33,777 nt of DNA from Actinomycetota bacterium (GCA_009698515.1 WLQA01000001.1:1-33777), one strand, 5' to 3'. Positions 19,666-28,859 are shown, counted from the stretch's first letter. Numbers and translations are program-made. Notes: generated by a model from the sequence alone, not told the origin.

Positions 19666-20169
19666 TTACTTCTTATCCTTTAATTTACTTAATAACTCAT
19701 CCATCGCATCTGCAAGCTCGGTACGCAAGTAATCTCTAGTTGCCACATCACCAATAGCAGTTCGTAGGCTGGCAAGCTCGCGAGTTAAGTACTCAGTGTC
19801 TGCCATATTTCGCTCATCACGATCACGATCTTCATTTGCTTGAATGCGATCACGATCTGCCTGACGATTTTGTGCCAGCAAAATTAATGGCGCCGCATAT
19901 GAAGCTTGTAATGACAAAAGCAATGTTAAAAAGATAAATGGATAGTGATCCCAGCGCAGATTATCTGGTGCTAATGCATTCCAGGTAACCCAAACCAAAA
20001 CAAATACAGACATATAAACCAGGAAGCGAGCGGTACCTAAGAAGCGGGCAAATTGTTCAGACCAACGACCAAAAGCCTCTGGATCATAGGAAGGGCGAAG
20101 GGAGCGTCTGGCTTCACGTGGGAACTCAAGTGAGTTCTTATTTAATCTTGCAGTTAATTTCTTTGCCAT
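19666..20169 (-). CDS. DUF1003 membrane protein
   Basis: ARFLGTARF, D.YPFIFLTLLLSLQASYAAPLILLAQNRQ. Confidence 0.9.
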   Translation of the reverse strand: MAKKLTARLNKNSLEFPREARRSLRPSYDPEAFGRWSEQFARFLGTARFLVYMSVFVLVWVTWNALAPDNLRWDHYPFIFLTLLLSLQASYAAPLILLAQNRQADRDRIQANEDRDRDERNMADTEYLTRELASLRTAIGDVATRDYLRTELADAMDELLSKLKDKK

Positions 20170-20178
20170 TTTTCTTTC

Positions 20179-21453
20179 CTACCTGTTCTCTAAATCTTTT
20201 CGCATTGATTCATCATGACGCCAATTCTCTGGCAACAAGTGATCAAGCACGTCATCAACAGTTACTGCTCCTAATAGTCGTTCATTGGCGTCAATAATTG
20301 GCACAGATAGCAGGTTATAAGTAGCTAAATATGAAGCAACCTCGCTAAGTGAGGCATGTGCATTTAATGGTGCAATGTCATTATCAACAATTCCGCCAAG
20401 CAAAGTTGCAGGTGGTTCGCGAAGTAAACGTTGGAAGTGAACTACGCCAAGGAATCTGCCAGTAGGTGTTTCAGCAGGTGGGCGACAGACAAAAACTTGT
20501 GAAGCAAGTCCTGGCGCAATCTCATTGGCACGAATCTGCGCTAATGCTTCAGCAACTGTTGAATCAGCAGTTAACACAATTGGTTCAGTCGTCATCATGC
20601 CGCCAGCTGAGTAATCCTCGTAATGCATCAAACGTTGTACATCTTCGGCATCTTCTGGCTCCATTAATGCAAGTAGCGCTTCTGCCTTTTCACTTCCAAC
20701 TTCGCGAAGTAAGTCAGCAGCATCATCAGGATCCATTTCGCCAAGTACATCTGCAGCGCGCTCGCCTTCAAGTTCTGCAAGCAGTTCAACACGTGCACTC
20801 TCATCCATTTCTTCAAGTACATCAGCTAATCGCTCATCATCTAGTGCGCGCGCAACTTCCGCACGACGTTTGATATTTAAATCATGCAATACTGAAGCTA
20901 GATCAGCGGCGCGTAGGTTTGCCAATGTGGCAAGCAAATTACTTACTCCTTGATTTCCTTCAGCGATCGCAAAACCAGAAATTTCTGCCCAAGTAACAGT
21001 TGATGAGGCACCACGTCGACGTAAGCCACTGCCACGTTTCATCACATGCACGCGTTCAATAAACCAATCACCAGTCTTTGCTAATTCCATGGCAACATCT
21101 TCAACCACAACTGTTTCATTACTTTCTAGAAGTGTCACACTGCGATCTAGCATTTCAGAGTTGACCATAATTTCATTTGTGCGTTGTTCAAATCGACGCA
21201 TATTTAATAAACCAGTAATTACAACAGTTCCATTATCAATAGATGTAACGCGCGTAATTGGTACGAAGATACGACGACGTGGTGGTACTTCAACAATTAA
21301 TCCTAAAATTCTTGGTGGTTGATTATTTGCGCGCAGGGTTGCAACCGCATCCCTCACCTTGCCAACTTGATCACCATTTGGGTCAAAGACCGATGTGCCA
21401 GCTAATCTTGCGAGGAATATGCGGTTTAAATTTGTTTTCTTACCGATATTCAT
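20179..21453 (-). CDS. PRC-barrel + MgtE N-terminal + CBS domain protein (soluble MgtE-like, Rv1232c-like)
   Basis: VFDPNGDQVGKVRD, repeated LADVLEEM/DDAADLL, AGGMMTTEP, GAVTVDDVLDHLLP; no TM domain. Confidence 0.88.
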   Translation of the reverse strand: MNIGKKTNLNRIFLARLAGTSVFDPNGDQVGKVRDAVATLRANNQPPRILGLIVEVPPRRRIFVPITRVTSIDNGTVVITGLLNMRRFEQRTNEIMVNSEMLDRSVTLLESNETVVVEDVAMELAKTGDWFIERVHVMKRGSGLRRRGASSTVTWAEISGFAIAEGNQGVSNLLATLANLRAADLASVLHDLNIKRRAEVARALDDERLADVLEEMDESARVELLAELEGERAADVLGEMDPDDAADLLREVGSEKAEALLALMEPEDAEDVQRLMHYEDYSAGGMMTTEPIVLTADSTVAEALAQIRANEIAPGLASQVFVCRPPAETPTGRFLGVVHFQRLLREPPATLLGGIVDNDIAPLNAHASLSEVASYLATYNLLSVPIIDANERLLGAVTVDDVLDHLLPENWRHDESMRKDLENR

Positions 21454-21517
21454 GGTCTAAGGGTAATGCTTGACCCTCAATTAAGAAGAATAATTAAATG
21501 CAGGTAAGTTTTGCCTT

Positions 21518-22402
21518 ATGAAAGATCAGGATCACACCAAATTACCAACGGGGCGGGATATTCCATTTCTGATCTCCGGCATTCTTGGTATTGGCGCCTC
21601 CGGTCCCATCATTGCAAAAAGCACGATGCCAGTTCCAACAATGATTATGTGGCGAAATTTATTGGGTGGATTAGTCATGGTGCCATTTGCCCTAAAGCGC
21701 AAAGAATGGCAAAGCAGCCAGCAACGAAATGCAATTAAATGGTCGGCAATTGCTGGTGTATTACTGGCACTGCACTTTATTTGTTTCTTTCTAGCAATGA
21801 GATTTACAAGTGTTGCAACCGGAACAGCGCTGACTGCAACCCAACCAATATTTGCCGCCATATTTGTACGGTTAAGTGGCGGGCATATTCCACGTAAGGC
21901 GTGGAGTGGCATGTTTATCGCATTCGCATCAGTTGTTGTAATTACCGGTGTAGATTTAAATTTATCTTTCAGATCATTTCAGGGAGATGTAATTGCAGTA
22001 ACGGGTGGTGCACTAGCTGCGCTGTACATGATCATTGGATCAAATGTGCAACGCGAAATTTCAACATCAACATTTACCGCTGTTTGCTATTTGGTATGCG
22101 CAGCAACCGCACTTCCAATGGCGATGCTTGCTGGGTATCCACTTACTGGCTTTTCATCTTATGAATGGGCGCTACTAATTGCACTTGTAATAACCGCGCA
22201 AATTATGGGGCACACCATGTTTAATCTTTCGCTAAAAAGAGTCTCACCCGCAGTTGTTGCACTTGTAGTATTTTTTGAAGTACCAGTAAGTGCAATCTTG
22301 GCTTTTCTTTGGCTAGATCAGAAACCACCAGCTGGCACCATTCCCGGAATAATTGGTTTATTAATTGGTTGCGGAATATTTGTAGTTAGATCAAAGCGAT
22401 GA
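21518..22402 (+). CDS. DMT/EamA family transporter
   Basis: About 10 TM segments, LALHF, TSVA, QPIF, GD, GHTMFN, EVPVS. Confidence 0.9.
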   Translation: MKDQDHTKLPTGRDIPFLISGILGIGASGPIIAKSTMPVPTMIMWRNLLGGLVMVPFALKRKEWQSSQQRNAIKWSAIAGVLLALHFICFFLAMRFTSVATGTALTATQPIFAAIFVRLSGGHIPRKAWSGMFIAFASVVVITGVDLNLSFRSFQGDVIAVTGGALAALYMIIGSNVQREISTSTFTAVCYLVCAATALPMAMLAGYPLTGFSSYEWALLIALVITAQIMGHTMFNLSLKRVSPAVVALVVFFEVPVSAILAFLWLDQKPPAGTIPGIIGLLIGCGIFVVRSKR

Positions 22403-23244
22403 TTGATCTACATACCCACTCAAATTACAGCGATGGCACCGATTCACCTGCGCAGTTAATAAATAAAGCACTTGCTGCCGGTGTCACAACTATTGCCTTA
22501 ACCGATCATGATTCAGTCGCCGGAATAACTGAGGCGACAAATGCATTACGTAATGGAATCTCTTTAGTACCAGGTGCGGAAATTTCTTGCCAAACTGAAG
22601 ATGGCATTAGCGTGCACATGTTGGGCTTGTTATTTGATTTAGAAAATTCAGAGTTAATTCAAACCATGGCAAAGACTAGAGAAAACCGACATGGCAGAAT
22701 GCAACGAATTATTGAAAGAATTAATGAAGCCGGAATTGATATTTCGATGAGCGATGTTTTAGCTGAGTTATCTGATGGTGAAACTTTAGGAAGACCGCAT
22801 TTGGCTGATGCTTTAATTAAAAAAGGTGTAGTTAGTAGCAGAGATGAAGCTTTCACTGAAATGCTGCACAACAAATCAAAATTCTATGTCGCGCATTATT
22901 CGCCAAAACCGGCTGAGGCAATTGCGTTGATAAAAGCAGCTGGTGGTGTGGCAGTAATAGCTCATCCCATGGCATCTCATCGGGGCCGAACCATCTCCTA
23001 TGAAACCTTTGGCGATTTAATCTCAGCGGGATTAGATGGAATTGAAGTTGATCATCGCGATCATTCACCAGATGAAAAAACAGCTTTGATTAAATTAGCA
23101 AAGGATAATAATTTAGTCATGACTGGTGCCAGCGATTATCATGGCAATGGAAAATTAAATTTATTAGCTGAGTACACAACATCAAATGATCAGTGGGATG
23201 CGCTACGTTCTAGGGCAAATGCAGATCGCGTGATTAAATTATGA
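22399..23244 (+). CDS. PHP domain metal-dependent phosphoesterase (YciV/TrpH-like)
   Basis: DLHTHSNYSDG, TDHD, GAEIS, GRPHLA, AHP, GASDYHG. Confidence 0.92.
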   Translation: MIDLHTHSNYSDGTDSPAQLINKALAAGVTTIALTDHDSVAGITEATNALRNGISLVPGAEISCQTEDGISVHMLGLLFDLENSELIQTMAKTRENRHGRMQRIIERINEAGIDISMSDVLAELSDGETLGRPHLADALIKKGVVSSRDEAFTEMLHNKSKFYVAHYSPKPAEAIALIKAAGGVAVIAHPMASHRGRTISYETFGDLISAGLDGIEVDHRDHSPDEKTALIKLAKDNNLVMTGASDYHGNGKLNLLAEYTTSNDQWDALRSRANADRVIKL

Positions 23245-24014
23245 GTTCTTATTTCACACCAGACTCAGTAACTTGGCGAGTTCACTCTGATCCAGCGATG
23301 GTAATTGGTGGTATTCGTGCGTTATTAGAACAAGCACTACAACCAGAGGCAATGGCTGGCGTTACAGCACACTCTAATTTTCGTGATGACACATGGGGCC
23401 GGTTGCAACGAACCGGTGATTATGTTGGCGTACTTACCTTCTCACCAATTGCAGATGCAGATAAATTAGCTGCGCGAGTTAGAAATGTGCACACCAAATT
23501 AGGCTTAGCTGATCCACACCTACTTTTATGGGTGCATATGGCGATGGTAGATGCATTTTTAGATACCGCTGTTAGATCAGGTTTGGCTTTAACACAAGCC
23601 GAACAAGATCAGTACTTTCTAGAAATGGTTAAATTTGCAGAATTAGTTGGAATCGCACCAGCTGATGTGCCAAATAATCTTGCACAATGTAAACAGTATT
23701 TTGTGGATATGAAGCCAGAGCTGCGAGCAAGTGATGATGCTAAACGTGCTGCGTTATTTATTACCGTGCCACCACTTCCAAAAATTATTAGATTTGCAAC
23801 ACCCTTTGCTCCAACTTGGGGTGCGGTATCGGCACTTGCCGGTGCATCTCTTCCACGTTGGGCCAGAGATTTGTATGGTGCACCAACATTGCCTGGACAA
23901 GAGATAGCAACTGATCTGGCTTTAAAGGCTTTTAGAAAATCTCTGTTTTTACTACCAGAATCTTTCCGACAACCACCACAACTTAAATCTCATCTAACAG
24001 ATTTGAAAAAATAA
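23241..24014 (+). CDS. Oxygenase MpaB / DUF2236 family protein
   Basis: F.PDSVTWRVH, GGIRALL.QAL.P..MAGV..HSNF, RLQRT, VR.VH, LLWVH, LP.WARDLYG. Confidence 0.88.
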   Translation: MSSYFTPDSVTWRVHSDPAMVIGGIRALLEQALQPEAMAGVTAHSNFRDDTWGRLQRTGDYVGVLTFSPIADADKLAARVRNVHTKLGLADPHLLLWVHMAMVDAFLDTAVRSGLALTQAEQDQYFLEMVKFAELVGIAPADVPNNLAQCKQYFVDMKPELRASDDAKRAALFITVPPLPKIIRFATPFAPTWGAVSALAGASLPRWARDLYGAPTLPGQEIATDLALKAFRKSLFLLPESFRQPPQLKSHLTDLKK

Positions 24015-24713
24015 ATGAAAATACTATCTATCGCAAACCCAACTGGTGGAACTGGTAAATCCGCTACCGCACTGGCAATTGCAGTTGCGGCGGCTGAGTA
24101 TGGACGCAATGTTTTACTTGTCGATTTAGATGAACGAGCTAATTTAACCTTTCAATTAGCGATAGAAAATCCACGATTTACCTTGCTAGAAGTCGCTTCT
24201 GGTAGCGCTTCACTTGATTTATCTGTGGTTCGAACCGCAGAGCGCTTTGATTTTTTACCCGGTGCGCCACGGTTAACTGCTTTGCTTTCTGCAGAGAAAC
24301 TAGCGGAGAAATTTGCAACTTATGATTTAGTAGTAATTGATACCGCATCCTCATTAAGTGCGCGCCTGACTATTGCCAGCGAAATAAGTGATGCCGTTCT
24401 TTATCCAACTACTAACTCATTATCTTCAGTTCGAGGCGTCTTGCTAGCTAAAAATATTTTTAAAGATAGCTGGCAACTGGGAGTACTTCCAGTCATGACT
24501 GATTTGGTAACTGATGTTATTTCAGCACTTTCTGCTGATTTTAAAATATTAGATCCGGCGATACCCTTGGATGAAAATACTTTGCTGGCACAAATTGAAA
24601 ATAAGTCGCTCTTGAATTTTGCAAAGACCAGCCCGGCATCAGATGCCTATCGGGATGTAACCTACTTTTTGTTAGAAGAGTTATTCGGTGGCAAAACCAA
24701 CGCGGCGCTCTGA
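24015..24713 (+). CDS. ParA/Soj-family protein with degenerate motifs
   Basis: ANPTGGTGKS, VLLVDLD, YDLVVIDT, S.ASDAYR; signature lysine absent. Confidence 0.8.
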   Translation: MKILSIANPTGGTGKSATALAIAVAAAEYGRNVLLVDLDERANLTFQLAIENPRFTLLEVASGSASLDLSVVRTAERFDFLPGAPRLTALLSAEKLAEKFATYDLVVIDTASSLSARLTIASEISDAVLYPTTNSLSSVRGVLLAKNIFKDSWQLGVLPVMTDLVTDVISALSADFKILDPAIPLDENTLLAQIENKSLLNFAKTSPASDAYRDVTYFLLEELFGGKTNAAL

Positions 24714-24938
24714 AGATTCCCCAACTTCAACATAATTAATCTTGTTGTGCGGAACTAAAATTTCGCGCCCCTTTGTGTCACTTAAGGAAAGTACAGCGCT
24801 GGCCTTGATTGCAGCGTTTACGGCAGCAACTACCTCGGCTTGCGAACTAGCGCACTCTAAATTTAATTCATGTGTGCTATCTGAGATACCAATTTTTACC
24901 TCGGTGTGAGCTGAACTTTTCTTTGCTGCTGTAGCCAT
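24681..24938 (-). CDS. DUF3107 family protein (Rv3208A-like)
   Basis: EVKIGI, LSLSDTKGR.ILVP..KI.YVEVG....RRVGF; SD-like GGTAGGA. Confidence 0.9.
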   Translation of the reverse strand: MATAAKKSSAHTEVKIGISDSTHELNLECASSQAEVVAAVNAAIKASAVLSLSDTKGREILVPHNKINYVEVGESSERRVGFATE

Positions 24939-24983
24939 ATTCCTACCTTATCTAGTAATTGTTATTGGTGCGAGTTGAAATAT

Positions 24984-25592
24984 TTAGGCGTTTGATTTGG
25001 GAAAACCAGAGATACCGCGCCAAATTAGGTTCATTACTAATTCAGTGGCTCGCATGCGATCGATCTTGCCATCACGATCTAACCAGTGACGTGCAATTGT
25101 TTGCACAGTTCCGATCAAGCCAACTGCAAGCATCATCGATTCTTCTTTAGCTAATCCGGTATCAATGGCAATTACTGCGCTGACTGCTGCTGCGCAGTCG
25201 TAGGTCATTCGATTTAATCGCTCGCGGACTTGTGGTTCTAAATTCATATCACTTTCAAATAGCAATCTAAAAGCTTCACCCTCTGAATCAATAAATCCAA
25301 AGTATGCCTCGACAGTTGCCTTAACGCGATCTGCGTTGCTGCGATGCTCTGCAATCGCTTTTTGAATCGCAAAAACAAGTGAATCAATATGTAGATCAAG
25401 TACGGCTAAGTAAAGTTCTAACTTAGATGGGAAGTGCTGATAGAGAACTGGTTTGCTGACATTTGCTCGATCTGCAATCTCATCCATTGCGGCAGAGTGG
25501 TAACCAGCTGCGGTAAATACTTCAAGGGCGGCACTTAGTAATTGTGCACGTCGTTCATCGCGAGGTAAGCGGTTGGTTTTATCTTCACTCAT
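24984..25592 (-). CDS. TetR/AcrR family regulator (Rv3208-like)
   Basis: RLPRDERRAQLL, GYHSAAMDEIADRANVSKPVLYQHFPSKLELY, FRLLFESD, WRGISGFP. Confidence 0.93.
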   Translation of the reverse strand: MSEDKTNRLPRDERRAQLLSAALEVFTAAGYHSAAMDEIADRANVSKPVLYQHFPSKLELYLAVLDLHIDSLVFAIQKAIAEHRSNADRVKATVEAYFGFIDSEGEAFRLLFESDMNLEPQVRERLNRMTYDCAAAVSAVIAIDTGLAKEESMMLAVGLIGTVQTIARHWLDRDGKIDRMRATELVMNLIWRGISGFPKSNA

Positions 25593-25685
25593 TTGCCCAT
25601 CCTATTACGCACTTTAAACATGTGTTAAATCTCTACAGCGCTATTTCGTCGAGAATTTCACATAAGCACAGGTTATATTCAGCAT

Positions 25686-26549
25686 ATGAGTACTCATCAA
25701 CGCCTGTTATTGGTTCATGCACATCCAGATGATGAGACTATTAATAATGGTGCGACGATGGCAAAGTACGCCGCAGCAGGTGCGCAAGTTACGTTAGTTA
25801 CTTGCACACGTGGTGAAGAGGGAGAAGTTTTAGTTCCTTCACTTGCAAATCTAGCAAGTAGTGCAGATGATAAATTAGGTGAGCACCGAGTTATTGAATT
25901 AACTAATGCGATGGCCGTACTTGGTATTAAAGATTTTAGATTTCTTGGTGCACCAAATAAAAAATGGCGCGATAGCGGAATGATGGGCACGGAGCCAAAT
26001 AATCGCAAAGATGTTTTTTGGCAGGTAGATCTTGATGAAGCAGCGCAAGAGTTAGTCAAAATTATTTTAGAAATTAAACCGCAGGTAATGATTACCTATG
26101 ATGAAATTGGTGGATATGGCCACCCTGATCACATAAAGGCGCACCTAGTTGCCATGCGCGCTGCCGAATTAGCTGCAGATGCTGGCTGGCAAATAAGCAA
26201 AATTTATTGGAACACGATGCCTAGATCGGTAATTCAAAAAGGAATCGACAAGATGAAAGAGATTGGCTCTGATTTCTTTGGTGCAGAAAGTGCAGATGAT
26301 CTGCCATTTGCTAAGCCTGATGAATTAGTGACCTCATTAATAAGTGCACCAGAATATGTTGATCAAAAGATGGCAGCGATGAAGGCTCATGAAACTCAAA
26401 TTTCAATTGATGGTCCGTTTTTTGCCTTATCAAATAATCTTGGCCTATCTATTTGGGGCGATGAGTACTACACATTGGTAAAGGGCGATAAGGCAGCACC
26501 GTTTGATGCCGATGGTCGGGAATTAGATTTATTTGCCGGGATTAAATAA
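25686..26549 (+). CDS. mshB: GlcNAc-Ins deacetylase (mycothiol biosynthesis)
   Basis: VHAHPDDET, TCTRGEEGEV, WRDSGMMG, GGYGHPDH, AHETQ, FALSNN. Confidence 0.93.
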   Translation: MSTHQRLLLVHAHPDDETINNGATMAKYAAAGAQVTLVTCTRGEEGEVLVPSLANLASSADDKLGEHRVIELTNAMAVLGIKDFRFLGAPNKKWRDSGMMGTEPNNRKDVFWQVDLDEAAQELVKIILEIKPQVMITYDEIGGYGHPDHIKAHLVAMRAAELAADAGWQISKIYWNTMPRSVIQKGIDKMKEIGSDFFGAESADDLPFAKPDELVTSLISAPEYVDQKMAAMKAHETQISIDGPFFALSNNLGLSIWGDEYYTLVKGDKAAPFDADGRELDLFAGIK

Positions 26550-26896
26550 TGCGTTACTTATACTCAGTGATATTTGGTGCATTCCTTGGTTTTACCTCAA
26601 CAATTTTGCATAACGCTTGGCAACCATTTGGATTTTTACTCTCTTTAATTTTTATATTTCTCGGAGTTAGATTACTTGGAATTAAGTTTTACTACCGTAA
26701 ATACAAAGTAATTGCCGCAATCGGCTGGTTATTAGTTGTACTCCGCGCTGGCACGCCAGGACTGGGCGATGAATTATTAATTTATGGCAATACTTATGGA
26801 AATCAATTTCTCTTGTTTGGTTTTGTAACAGCTTTTCTTGCGGTGATTACACCTAGATCAACCAACTCCAACTTTGCCCGTCGGAATTATCTCTAA
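26549..26896 (+). CDS. Small membrane protein (DUF6113-like, typical downstream of mshB)
   Basis: Four hydrophobic segments, GW motif, G.....I.G motif; TAATG coupling to mshB. Confidence 0.7.
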   Translation: MRYLYSVIFGAFLGFTSTILHNAWQPFGFLLSLIFIFLGVRLLGIKFYYRKYKVIAAIGWLLVVLRAGTPGLGDELLIYGNTYGNQFLLFGFVTAFLAVITPRSTNSNFARRNYL

Positions 26897-28253
26897 CCTC
26901 AATACCTTCTACCTTTAAAAGATCGCGCAAGCGATCACTTTCGGCATAATCACCAGCACCTCTAGCCTTTGCACGAAGATCTAATAACTCTAATTGTTGA
27001 GCGTTAGCTGCTCGTTTTGGTGCAGGCGCCTTTAATAAATCTAAACCAAGTAATTGATCAGCTTTGCTAAATATTTCATACTTGGTTGCATCAGATATTG
27101 TGTTTGATTTTTCAATATCTCTTAGTTTTTGCATGGCCCGTGGCGTATCTAAATCATTACAAAAATCAGCAACTATGGCCTGCAAATTACCTTCAATCTC
27201 TTGCGGATCTGTTGTTGAAGTTGATTTCCAGCCATTTACTTTGCTGCGCCATCTTTCCAGCAATTGATTTGCAGTTGTAATTGATTGCCAGGTTAAATCC
27301 ATTTGGCTGCGGTATCGATTTTCTAAGAAACATACACGCAAGGCGAGTGGATCTAAGTGTTTATCAATTAAATCTTGTACCAACACCACATTTCCGGTGC
27401 TCTTTGACATCTTGCGTCCTTCAAAAAGTAAATGCTCACCATGTACCCAAAGCGCCACCGCTTCACCTGCAATTGCAGAGTTTGATTGGGCTCGCTCATT
27501 TTCATGGTGCGGAAAGCGCAGATCAATTCCACCTAAATGTAAATCAACATACTTATCTAAGAATTTAAGTGACATGGCAGAACATTCGATATGCCAACCT
27601 GGAAAACCAGCACCCCATGGCGCAGGCCAAATCATTTGCGTACGACCAGCTGCCGCCTTCCAAAGTGCCCAGTCGGCATGAAAATGTTTTGCGCCATCTT
27701 CGGTGTACTCAAAGCGATGACCTGGTTTTAGCGAATCTAATCGGTTACCACTAATGGCGCCATATGTATCAAATGATTGCGCTGCGAAGTAAACGCAATT
27801 ATCTTCACCAACATAAGCATGATTGTTTTCAATTAGATCTGAAATCAATTGCAACATCAAATCAATTGATTCACTTGCCTTTGGATAAAGATCGGCAGGT
27901 TTAATATTTAATCTTGCTAAGTCGGTATGAAATTTAGCTTCATAAGCTTTTGCAACTTCAAAGGGATCTTTAGCTTCTAGTTTGGCTTGTGCCAGCATTT
28001 TATCTTCTGCAAAATCTTCGGACATATGTCCAACATCAGTTATATTTTGGATGAATTTAACTTGATAACCCAAATACTTGCTTAATCTGATAATTAAGTC
28101 CGCCAACAGGAATGTGCGCATATTTCCTACATGAGCATCTCGATAAACAGTTGGTCCGCATCCGTAAACTCTTAAGAATTTATCATTGCTAATACAAATA
28201 CTTTGATTGCTTCTTAATTTAGTATCAAATATTTGAATCGGAGTTTTAATCAT
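26853..28253 (-). CDS. cysS: Cysteine--tRNA ligase
   Basis: CGPTVY, HVGN, NITDVGH, PGWHIECSAM, GGIDLRFPHHENE, KMSKS, C-terminal anticodon domain (R..AR...DY..SD.LRD). Confidence 0.92.
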   Translation of the reverse strand: MIKTPIQIFDTKLRSNQSICISNDKFLRVYGCGPTVYRDAHVGNMRTFLLADLIIRLSKYLGYQVKFIQNITDVGHMSEDFAEDKMLAQAKLEAKDPFEVAKAYEAKFHTDLARLNIKPADLYPKASESIDLMLQLISDLIENNHAYVGEDNCVYFAAQSFDTYGAISGNRLDSLKPGHRFEYTEDGAKHFHADWALWKAAAGRTQMIWPAPWGAGFPGWHIECSAMSLKFLDKYVDLHLGGIDLRFPHHENERAQSNSAIAGEAVALWVHGEHLLFEGRKMSKSTGNVVLVQDLIDKHLDPLALRVCFLENRYRSQMDLTWQSITTANQLLERWRSKVNGWKSTSTTDPQEIEGNLQAIVADFCNDLDTPRAMQKLRDIEKSNTISDATKYEIFSKADQLLGLDLLKAPAPKRAANAQQLELLDLRAKARGAGDYAESDRLRDLLKVEGIEVRDNSDGQSWSWLI

Positions 28254-28432
28254 TTACTTGGCACAACTTTCCAGAGTGCGATTTTTGTTGGATCAAATTC
28301 AACCAATGTGCCATCTTTTTTACGCACCGCAGTTGTGCTCTCTAACACCCCTAAAATGTCACGAAATCCACCCTCAGGATCATGCATTCTGATGCTGACC
28401 CGCTGGCCTATCTGCGCCGCTGATGGCTGCAT
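28250..28432 (-). CDS. 60-aa protein resembling the isolated N-terminal (SH3-like) domain of Rv0428c-type GNAT acetyltransferases
   Basis: IGQRVSIR, F.DILGVLE, VRKKDG..V, KVVP; SD AAGGAG; ATGA overlap with cysS. Confidence 0.7.
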   Translation of the reverse strand: MQPSAAQIGQRVSIRMHDPEGGFRDILGVLESTTAVRKKDGTLVEFDPTKIALWKVVPSK

Positions 28433-28468
28433 CCTGCTCCTTCTATTAAACTACCGACACATAAGTAT

Positions 28469-28482
28469 TTACGAGGATGTAA
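28469..28482. promoter_or_regulatory. Palindromic operator candidate TTAC-GAGGAT-GTAA
   Basis: In the divergent region between the small ORF/cysS and fdxA; same motif at 30931 and 31314. Confidence 0.55.
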
Positions 28483-28532
28483 TTACTGGCATTATTGTCT
28501 ACCTTATTTAACATTATTAACTGGAGGAGCGC

Positions 28533-28853
28533 ATGACTTACATAATTGCTCAACCTTGTGTTGATGTGAAGGACAAATCTTGTATCGAGGAGTGTCCAGT
28601 TGATTGCATTTATGAAGGCGATCGCATGCTTTATATCCAACCTGATGAGTGCGTTGATTGCGGAGCTTGCGAACCAGTTTGTCCGGTCGAGGCAATTTAT
28701 TATGAAGATGATGTGCCATCACAATGGAAAGAATTTAGCGAAGTAAACAGTAAGTTCTTTGTGGAAATTGGTTCACCTGGTGGAGCTGCCAAGATGGGGC
28801 CAACTGGTAAGGACCATGCAACAGTTTCTGCTCTGCCACCACAAGCAAAGTAG
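28533..28853 (+). CDS. fdxA: 7Fe ferredoxin ([3Fe-4S]+[4Fe-4S])
   Basis: MTYIIAQPCVDVKDKSCIEECPVDC, CVDCGACEPVCP, GSPGGA; SD GGAGGAG. Confidence 0.96.
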   Translation: MTYIIAQPCVDVKDKSCIEECPVDCIYEGDRMLYIQPDECVDCGACEPVCPVEAIYYEDDVPSQWKEFSEVNSKFFVEIGSPGGAAKMGPTGKDHATVSALPPQAK

Positions 28854-28859
28854 CACCTT

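Noticed and set aside
24015-24713. ParA as a sign of a plasmid or integrated element
   Set aside because: No parB, rep, integrase or att repeats; flanked by core actinobacterial genes.
25612-25630. Imperfect inverted repeat TTTAAACATGTGTTAAA upstream of the TetR gene
   Set aside because: AT-rich, imperfect, single occurrence and not matching the TTAC-N6-GTAA motif; too weak to call an operator.
26853-28253. Annotation as MshC because it is near mshB
   Set aside because: It has CGPTVY/HVGN and a full anticodon-binding domain; MshC has CGITPY/HLGH and lacks that domain.
28456-28460. GACAC, a WhiA-type binding pentamer, upstream of fdxA
   Set aside because: A single 5-mer is expected by chance.
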